A stretch of 64,000 nt of DNA from Eledone cirrhosa (lineage: Eukaryota), in contig OZ024743.1 of assembly GCA_964016885.1 (NCBI GenBank), positions 73,656,001 to 73,720,000 on the forward strand. Direction: 5' to 3'. The number at the start of each line of letters is the position of its first letter. Within the stretch, counting starts at the first letter, position 1. The translations under genes and the position numbers were made by a program. Of the stretch, positions 55,578 to 64,000 are shown piece by piece. The notes under the pieces were generated by a model. The model worked only from the letters and a program-made list of their open reading frames with translations, was not told where the DNA came from and did not search any database.

Positions 55578-58500
55578 TAGTGAGTGTGTGTGAGAGAGAA
55601 AGAGATAGTGAGAGAGAGAGATAGTGTGTGCGTGTGTGAGTGAGAGAGAGAGATAGTGAGGGTGTGCGTGTGTGTGTGAGAGAGATAGTGTGTGTGTGTG
55701 AGAGAGAGATAGTGAGGGTGTGTGTGAGAGAGAGAGAGATAGTGGGTGTGTGTGTGAGAGAGAGATTGATAGTGAGGGTGTGTGTGTGAAAGAGAGATAG
55801 TGAGTGTGTGTGTGTGAGAGAGAGATAGTGACTGTGTGTGTGAGAGAGAGAGATAGTGAGTGTGTGTGTGTGTGTGAGAGAGAGAGATAGTGAGTGTATG
55901 TGTGTGAGAGAGAGAGATAGTGAGTGTGTGTGTGTGAGAGAGAGATAGTGAGTGTGAGTGTGAGAGAGATAGTGAGTGTGTGTGTGAGAGAGAGAGAGAT
56001 AGTGAGGGTGTGTGTGAGAGGGAGATAGTGAGTGTGTGTGTGAGAGACTGATAGTGAGTGTGTGTGTGTGAGAGAGAGAGATAGTGAGGGTGTGTGTGAG
56101 AGAGAGATAGTGAGTGTGTGTGTGTGAGAGAGAGAGAGATAATGAGTGTGTGTGTGAGAGAGAGATAGTGAGTGTGTGTGTGTGTGAGAGAGAGAGAGAT
56201 AGTGAGTGTGTGTGTGCGAGAGAGAGAGAGAGAGATAGTGAGTGAGTGTGTGTGAGAGAGAGAGAGATAATGAGTGTGTGTGTGTGTGAGAGAGAGAGAT
56301 AGTGAGTGTGTGTGTGTGAGAGAGAGAGATAGTGTGTGTGTGTGTGAGAGAGAGAGATAGTGAGTGTGTGTGAGAGAGAGAGATAGTGTGTGTGTGCGAG
56401 AGAGAGAGAGATAGTGAGTGTGTGTGTGTGAGAGAGAGAGAGATAATGAGGTGTGTGTGTGTGTGAGAGAGAGATAGTGAGTGTGTGTGTGTGAGAGAGA
56501 GAGAGATAATGAGTGTGTGTGTGAGAGAGAGATAGTGAGTGTGTGTGTGTGTGAGAGAGAGAGAGATAGTGAGTGTGTGTGTGCGAGAGAGAGAGAGAGA
56601 GAGATAGTGAGTGAGTGTGTGTGAGAGAGAGAGAGATAATGAGTGTGTGTGTGTGTGTGAGAGAGAGAGATAGTGAGTGTGTGTGTGTGAGAGAGAGAGA
56701 TAGTGTGTGTGTGAGAGAGAGAGATAGTGAGTGTGTGTGAGAGAGAGAGATAGTGTGTGTGTGCGAGAGAGAGAGAGATAGTGAGTGTGTGTGTGTGAGA
56801 GAGAGAGAGATAATGAGTGTGTGTGTGTGTGAGAGAGAGAGATAGTGAGTGTGTGTGTGTGAGAGAGAGAGATAGTGTGTGTGTGTGAGAGAGAGAGATA
56901 GTGAGTGTGTGTGTGCGAGAGAGAGAGAGATAGTGAGTGTGTGTGTGTGAGAGAGAGAGAGATAGTGAGTGTGTGTGTGTGTGAGAGAGAGAGATAGTGA
57001 GGGTGTGTGTGAGAGAGAGAGAGAGATAGTGAGTGTGTGTGTGTGAGAGAGAGAGATAGTGAGGGTGTGTGTGTGAGAGAGAGATAGTGAGTGTGTGTGC
57101 GTGTGTCTGTGAGTGAGAGAGAGATAGTGAGTGCTTGTGTGTGAGAGAGAGAGATAGTGAGTGCGTGTGTGTGAGAGAGAAAGATATAGTGAGTGTGTGT
57201 GTGTGAGAGAGAGAGATAGTGAGTGTGTGTGTGTGTGTGTGAGAGAGATAGTGAGTGTGTGTGTGTGAGAGAGAGAGATAGTGAGTGCGTGTGTGAGAGA
57301 GAGAGAGATAGTGAGTGCGTGTGAGAGAGAGAGAGAGAGAGGGAGAAAGTGAGTGCGTGTGTGTGAGAGAGAAAGAGATAGTGAGTGTGTGTGTGTGAGA
57401 GAGAAAGAGATAGTGCGTGTGTGTGTGTGAGAGAGAGAGATAGTGAGTGCGTGTGTGTGATAGAGAAAGAGATAGTGTGTGTGTGTGTGTGAGAGATAGT
57501 GAGTGTGTGTGAGAGAGAGAGAGATAGTGAGGGTGTGTGTGTGAGTGTGTGTGTGTGTGAGAGAGAGATAGTGAGGGTGTGTGAGAGAGATAGTGAGTGT
57601 GTGTGTATGAGAGAGAGAGAGATAGTGAGGATGTGTGTGTGAGTGTGTGTGTGTGTGAGAGAGAGATAGTGAGTGTGTGTGTGTGTGAGAGAGAGAGATA
57701 GTGAGGGTGTGTGTGTGTGTGTGAGAGAGATAGTGAGTGTGTGTGTGAGAGAGATAGTGAGTGTGTGTGTGAGAGAGAGAGATAGTGAGGGTGTATGTGA
57801 GAGGGAGATAGTGAGTGTGTGTGAGAGAGAGAGGGATAGTGAGTGTGTGTGTGTGAGAGAGAGATAGTGAGGGATAGTGAGTGTGTGTGAGAGAGAGATA
57901 GTGAGTGTGTGTGTATGAGAGAGAGAGAGATAGTGAGGATGTGTGTGTGAGTGTGTGTGTGTGTGAGAGAGAGATAGTGAGTGTGTGTGTGTAAGAGAGA
58001 GAGAGATAGTGAGGGTGTGTGTGTGAGAGAGAGATAGTGAGTGTGTGTGTGTGAGAGAGAGAGATAGTGAGGGTGTGTGTGTGTGTGTGAGAGAGATAGT
58101 GAGTGTGTGTGTGAGAGAGATAGTGAGTGTGTGTGTGAGAGAGAGAGATAGTGAGGGTGTATGTGAGAGGGAGATAGTGAGTGTGTGTGAGAGAGAGAGG
58201 GATAGTGAGTGTGTGTGTGTGAGAGAGAGATAGTGAGGGTGTGTGTGTGTGTGTGAGAGAGAGATAGTGAGTGTGTGTGAGAGAGAGAGAGAGAGATAGT
58301 GAGTGTGTGTGTGTGAGAGATAGTGAGGGTGTGTGTGTGTGAGAGAGAGAGATAGTGAGTGTGTGTGTGTGAGAGAGAGAGAGATAGTGAGGGTGTGTGT
58401 GAGAGAGAGAGATTGTGAGGGTGTGTGTGTATGTGTATGAGAGAGAGGGGATGTGTGCATGTAAGAATGTGTGTGAGAGAAAGATAGCGATAGTGAGGGT

Positions 58501-58885
58501 GTGTGTATGAGAGAGAGAGATAGTGAGTGAGTGTATGAGAGAGAGCGAGAGATAGTGAGTGTATGAGAGAGAGTGAGTGGGTGTGTGTATGAGAGAGAGA
58601 GAGTGGGGGTGTGTATGAGCAAGAGAGAGTGAGTAGGTGTGTGTGAGAGAGAGAGAGTGGTGTGTATGAGAGAGAGAAAGAGAGGGATTTGTGTGTGAGA
58701 GAGAGATTGGTGTGTATGAGAGAGAGAGAGAAAGGGGTGTGTGTGTGAGAGAAGGAGAGAGTGGGGGGGTATGAGAGAGAGAGAGAGAAAGAGAGTGGGT
58801 GTGTGTATGAGAGCGAGAGAGAGAGAGAGAGAGAGGGTGTGTGTATGAGGGAGAGAGAGTTAGTGAGTGTATGAGAGAGAGAGAG
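55141..58885. repeat. 3.7-kb compound satellite GATAGTGAG(GT)n(GA)n
   Basis: Over 100 length-variable units of ~25-32 bp with higher-order duplications; explains the 1330-aa and 1114-aa S/L/H/T ORFs. Confidence 0.95.
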
Positions 58886-59201
58886 GAACTGTTTATGGAT
58901 CAATGATGAAAGAGACAGTACAACAGTGTAAGCTAGTTTGACTGTAGTGTATTTCATCTGTAGAAGATATTCAGTGGTCAACTAGAAATGAAGCACAACA
59001 GATCAAAGGACATTGATGCTGACCTGAGGTTTTGTGATGGCGGTAGTTTTACTGAAGTCTGAAGGAACCTGGCTTAATGGTTACGGTGCTCCTTTGTAAG
59101 GTCATCAGTTTAATTCTCAGTGGTGCCTTGTGTCCTTAAGCGAGACACATTATTTCTCGTTATTCAGTACACACACTTGACAAAAATGAGTTGTACTTAT
59201 T

Positions 59202-59899
59202 CAGTGGAACCTCGGTTCCCGAATTTAGTTCGTCACCCGAAATATTCGTAAACCGAAACTATTTTTCCCATACGAAACAACTGACTCAACATATGTTAAG
59301 AACTAGTGAGACAGAGGGAGGGGGTGACAGAGAGGGGAGACAAAGGAGAGAGAGAGAGGGAGAGTGGGGGAGATAGAGAGAGAGGGGAAGAAAAAGGGAG
59401 AGAGGGAGTGGTAGAGACAGAGAAAGAGAGAGACTTGAGGGAGTAACAAAGAGAAAGACAAGGCAAAGAGAGATTAAAGGAGAGAGAGAGAGAAAAGTGT
59501 GACAGAGATAGAGAGAGAAAGAGAGAGAGAGGAATGTTTATGAATCAGAGAGAAAAAGAGTGTGTGTGTGTATGTGTGAGTGTGTGTGTGTGAGAGAGAG
59601 ATGGTGAGTGTGAGAGTGTGTGTGTGGGGGGGAGAGTGGGTGTGTGTGTGTATGAGAGAGATAGTGTGTGTGTAAACCGAAACTATTTTTTCCATACGAA
59701 AATTGGAGCGAGAAATACAGTGAGAGAGACAGATAGATATCACCATAGTAACAAACTACACAGCAACTGGCGCTTTCCCGCCGATACTCCAAGCTTTTGC
59801 TAACCGTTGTTCGTGAACCGAGACTTTTTAGGTTCGGAAAAATTGTTCGTGAACCGATGTGTTTGTGATGATAGGCGTTTGTGAACTGAGGTTCCACTT
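59202..59899. mobile_element. Tigger/pogo-like non-autonomous element nested in a SINE
   Basis: TIRs cagtggaacctcggttc / gaactgaggttccact; splits a 43065-type SINE; internal GA/GT tract. Confidence 0.78.
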
Positions 59900-60649
59900 A
59901 AATTCAAAAGCCCAGTCTTGTCAGACTCTTCCAGAGAAATATGCTGAGGCTATACCTGTCTGTGGAATGCTCAGACACTTGCACGTTGATTTCACGAGCA
60001 GGCTTTTCTGTTGAACCAATCAACTGGAAAGCACGTTGTCGTAACCGACGGAGATCCAACACAATTCTGTTGATGTTGAAGGAATCTATAATTAAAGACA
60101 TTCAAGTCACAATCTTTCGGTCTATATATATATTTTTTTTTTTTTTACACATAACGTCGGGTCTCGAATAATTGCCCCATCCTCCACCGCTTATAAATTT
60201 TTCAGATTTTCCACCCACCCCTCCTCTGCTCATTAAATTAGATTTTACTAATCTACTACGGTAAAATTTTATTTTAAGTGGTAGCATTCCTGCGAATTAA
60301 TTTTCTTTAGACATTAAAAAACATTATACATGACACAAAAAAAAAGTATATTATTAGAAATCAAATACTTTATAAAAAAAATAAAATGGGTTGGGTCTCA
60401 ATATGTAAACTAAATGGCGGTGGATTGGGAGTATCGGTAGAGGGTCTGACGCCATGCTTTGCAGTAAAGAGTTACGGCCCTTTATGGTCTGAGTTCAAAT
60501 CCCGCCGAGGTTAACTTTGCCTTTCGTCCTTACGGGGTCGATAAAATAAAGCACCAGTAATATGTAAACTAAACGACTAATTCTGTATTTTTTTTTAATC
60601 AACAGAGACAACCTAGAAAAATTACCGACTTTCCAACTCTCGTCCTCCT

Positions 60650-61200
60650 CATTCTTCTTCTTCTTCTTCTTCTTCTTCTTCTTTTTCTTCTTCTTCTTCT
60701 TCTTCTTCTTCTTCTACCAGCGGGTCCTGTCAGAAGCAACAATCTCCAACTGATCCGGCTAGATCCCAAAGCAAGACCAGCCAAGCTCATGGATGTTATC
60801 CAACTATCTTGGTTGAGGGTCTACCCCTGGGTCTCCTGTCAGTTGGTTTACCCCGTCAAATCTGTCCAGCAATTCTTTCCTAAGACATTCTAACCACATG
60901 CCCATAGTATCGGACCTGTGATCTCTCAATTCGGTGAAATAGCAGCTCTACCTTGAGTGACTCTCTGATCTCCGAGCTACGTACTCTATCAAGTAAAGTT
61001 ACTCTAAATATCCCTCGGAGGAACTCTATTTTGGCCGCTCGCATTCGCGGTCGTATTCTTTCGGTCATTACCCAAGATTGATGACCATAGGTGAGATTTG
61101 GCACGAATACCGAATTGAAGATAGCGAGTTTGGCTTTTACACCTACCTCCCTTCTTCTGATTACTGAATACTGAAGCTGGCGCATTATCGTATACACGTA
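60650..61200 (-). mobile_element. Second RTE family fragment
   Basis: KAKLAIFNSVFVPNLTYG.QSWVMT...DRVRSSEIRE...YYGHVVRM; (CTT)n tail at 60652-60714. Confidence 0.85.
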
Positions 61201-61819
61201 TTATTGACGGATGCAAGAATGAGTGCTCACGTAGACTGTAAATATTCGGTTATTATCGATCCTGGGAAGATGAAGGGCAACGTCGAGCTCGGTAGTATTT
61301 GAACACAGAAAAGGAACCGGAAGAAACACCACGAAGCACTTCCTCAGATGTCCTAAATATTCTACGAGACTTCTGATGTTCTTGGCAAAAGGACTACCTC
61401 CCTACTTACCACCATCGTCACGAAGTTAGCTTCCCACATGTGTGAGCCTCACGAGCTGGAATGGGTCTTCCAACGCGTTGTTCTCACCATCCTCCGGGGA
61501 AACCCCTTCTCTATGCCGTCCGCGGGGCAACCAGCGCGTGGTCTCCCATTTGCTTATAATAGTGAGAGATGGAGATAGCGAGAGAGACGGAGGCAGTGAC
61601 TATACCAACATTGCTAAACTATTTTGTAAAGTTAAAGATTAAGTGATTTCGTTAAATACCTTATTCAACTGTTATTCTTCAGTTTTGTTTTTGTGAATGT
61701 AACAAGGCTAGAGGCAGAGGATTTTCTTCTAAAACTACTAACGTCAGCAATTAGCCAGCTTATAAGATTAACAATGCTAGTATTTAATTAAATTAATAAA
61801 TTAAAGTAAAGAAAAAAAT

Positions 61820-62240
61820 GTTCGCACTACATGGCTGAATACAATAAATGTAATCTGAGTTTTTCGAATATTAATAATAATATTCGATTCGTTTGCAATT
61901 ATGCAAACAAGCCTCATTTTTAAATCCATGTCAGTAGAATGAGCCCCTCATTCTTGCTCTTGTGTTGGCATGTGAACAGAACTGCAGACAATAATGTTTC
62001 TGAGTATTACCCTTCATCAGTACAGTTCACTGTTCACCTGCCAACTGTTATAGCTAGTGAAAATATATGATATTTTCTAAAATATACAGTGACTGATCGG
62101 CTTGGTAATACCCAGAAACGTTAGTGTCTGCAGTTCTGTTTACATGCCAACACAAGAGCAAGAATGAGGCACTCATTTTATTGACATGGCTTTAAAAATG
62201 AGGCTGTTTGCATAATTGCAAACGAATCGAATATTATTAT
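61820..62240. mobile_element. Family B element, inverted pair
   Basis: 61820-62045 (-, full HHR) and 62104-62240 (+, starting inside HHR stem II). Confidence 0.82.
61972..62037 (-). ncRNA. Type I hammerhead ribozyme (family B), extended stem I
   Basis: Same fold as 4029-4078 with G-U-preserving changes, plus an outer helix GUGAACAG/CUGUUCAC beyond a 2-nt bulge. Confidence 0.75.
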
Positions 62241-63050
62241 GGGACTAGTAGCTAAAGAAAACAAATAAGGTTAGTAGTATTCTGGGTGAAGCTGATTGCT
62301 ATTACAACAAGCCATTTGTGAAAGCATGGTACGTTACCAAACTATCATTAATTGAGAATATATAGATGTGTGTATCTGACTGATAAAATGACAGGTCAGT
62401 CAATCATATTGGTGGCCTCTCTACAACCCCAGCGGACAGAATGGAGAAGGCGTTTCCCCGGGGGGCGGCAAGGGAGACGCGCTGGAAAAGCCATTCCACC
62501 TGCGGCTGGCCAGTTCAGTGCCTATGGTAGTGAGTAGGGAGGTAGCCCTAGGGCCGAGGACACCAGAAGTCTCCACTGCCAAGGGTACAACCACAAACTT
62601 GTCGGAGAGCGACCGGTATTTGAAGAGTTTGGCTTCCTCAGCCCGAGGTGCAGCTCGAAAAACTCAGATTAGATTTATTAAAAAATTAAAGGATTGTGCT
62701 TAAATTAATAAAAAAAACGAATATTATATGGGGTCAATAAAATAAAGTACCAGTAATTGCTGGCCTTGTGCCAAAAGTAGAAACAATTATATATATACAA
62801 CGCTCTGTGTTAGTACCAATTAAAGAGCATCTCAATCACGATCATAGTTCGTAGAGTGTGGATTTCAGGGACCCAGGATGACAGATATTTCCACCAGTAT
62901 GGGTTCGACGATAAACATAGCGGAGAACGGCTGTTGTTGTCCTTCGATATAATTGAGAAAATCATAAACATCCATAAATAGCTACAGGTGTGGATGTGTA
63001 TCTTAGAGCTACGTAGGCTTTCACACACGCACACATGCACACACTCATCT

Positions 63051-63091
<41 letters not shown>

Positions 63092-63251
63092 ACACACTCA
63101 CGCTCACACAGGAATGTATGTACATCTTTATATAGATAGGGACACACCCTTCCACCCACTCAGTCTATTGTCACTCTGCTACCGCTACTAACCGTTTGGC
63201 CACGTGCGTGCCCTTTCACTACTCATCTGTTTACATACCACACGCAAACAT

Positions 63252-64000
63252 GCCACACCACCACATCACCACACCGCCACCACAATACCACCACACCACC
63301 ACCACACCACACCGCCACCACAACACCACCACACCACCACCACATCACCACACCGCCACCACAACACCACCACCACACCACACCGCCACCACAACACCAC
63401 CACCACACCACCACATCACCACACCGCCACCACCACACCACCACATCACCACACCGCCACCACAACACCACCACACCACCACCACATCACCACACCGCCA
63501 CCACAACACCACCACACCACCACCACATCACCACACCGCCACCACAACACCACCACCACACCACACCGCCACCACAACACCACCACCACACCACCACATC
63601 ACCACACCGCCACCACAACACCACCACCACACCACCACATCACCACACCGCCACCACAATACCACCACACCACCACCACATCACCACACCGCCACTACCA
63701 CATCACCACACCGCCACCACAACACCACCACCACATCACCACATCACCACACAGCCACCACAACACCACCACCACCCACACCACCACATCACCACACCGC
63801 CACCACAACACCACCACCACACCACCACATCACCACACCGCCACCACAACACCACCACCACACCACCCTCATATCCACAATCACCATCAACAACATCATC
63901 ACACAATCACACAACCACTACCTCCACTACCACCACCACACCGCCACCACTACCACCACCACACCGCCATTACTACCACCCTCATATCCACAATCACTAC
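63252..64000. repeat. (CAC)-based minisatellite
   Basis: Units of ccaccacatcaccacaccgccaccacaaca type, degenerating toward the window end. Confidence 0.9.

Noticed and set aside
54989-58981. 1330-aa and 1114-aa ORFs
   Set aside because: Translations of a (CT)n/(CA)n compound satellite that lacks stops on that strand; no protein complexity.
58895-59030. Possible box C/D snoRNA (ATGATGA...CTGA)
   Set aside because: No convincing terminal stem and no identifiable guide sequence.
62810-62982. Possible minus-strand terminal exon
   Set aside because: Weak acceptor context and no recognisable peptide.

Overview
AT-rich, microsatellite-saturated eukaryotic DNA. The SINE repertoire suggests an octopod cephalopod (inference). 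The only confident host gene feature is the terminal homeobox exon of a divergent Cdx/caudal ParaHox gene (41809-42137, +). No upstream exon is visible, so most of the first 41.8 kb is probably intron. The rest is repeats: over 20 copies of a tRNA-derived Nin/Deu-domain SINE, RTE, CR1, Tx1 and CRE LINE fragments, Tc1/pogo and hAT MITEs, and a decayed Penelope-like element (RT + GIY-YIG). Reading the short (TA)n-flanked islands by eye shows that many carry type I hammerhead ribozymes (HHRs) from at least nine sequence families, some with non-canonical cores. Many of these islands are fold-back palindromes. The strongest candidate for a novel system is an ORF-less 420-bp tandem array (33679-34782) with an HHR in each complete unit, i.e. 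a retrozyme-like locus predicted to yield 420-nt, possibly circular, RNAs antisense to Cdx. All folds were derived by hand and no searches were run. Almost all ORF-track entries are microsatellite artefacts.
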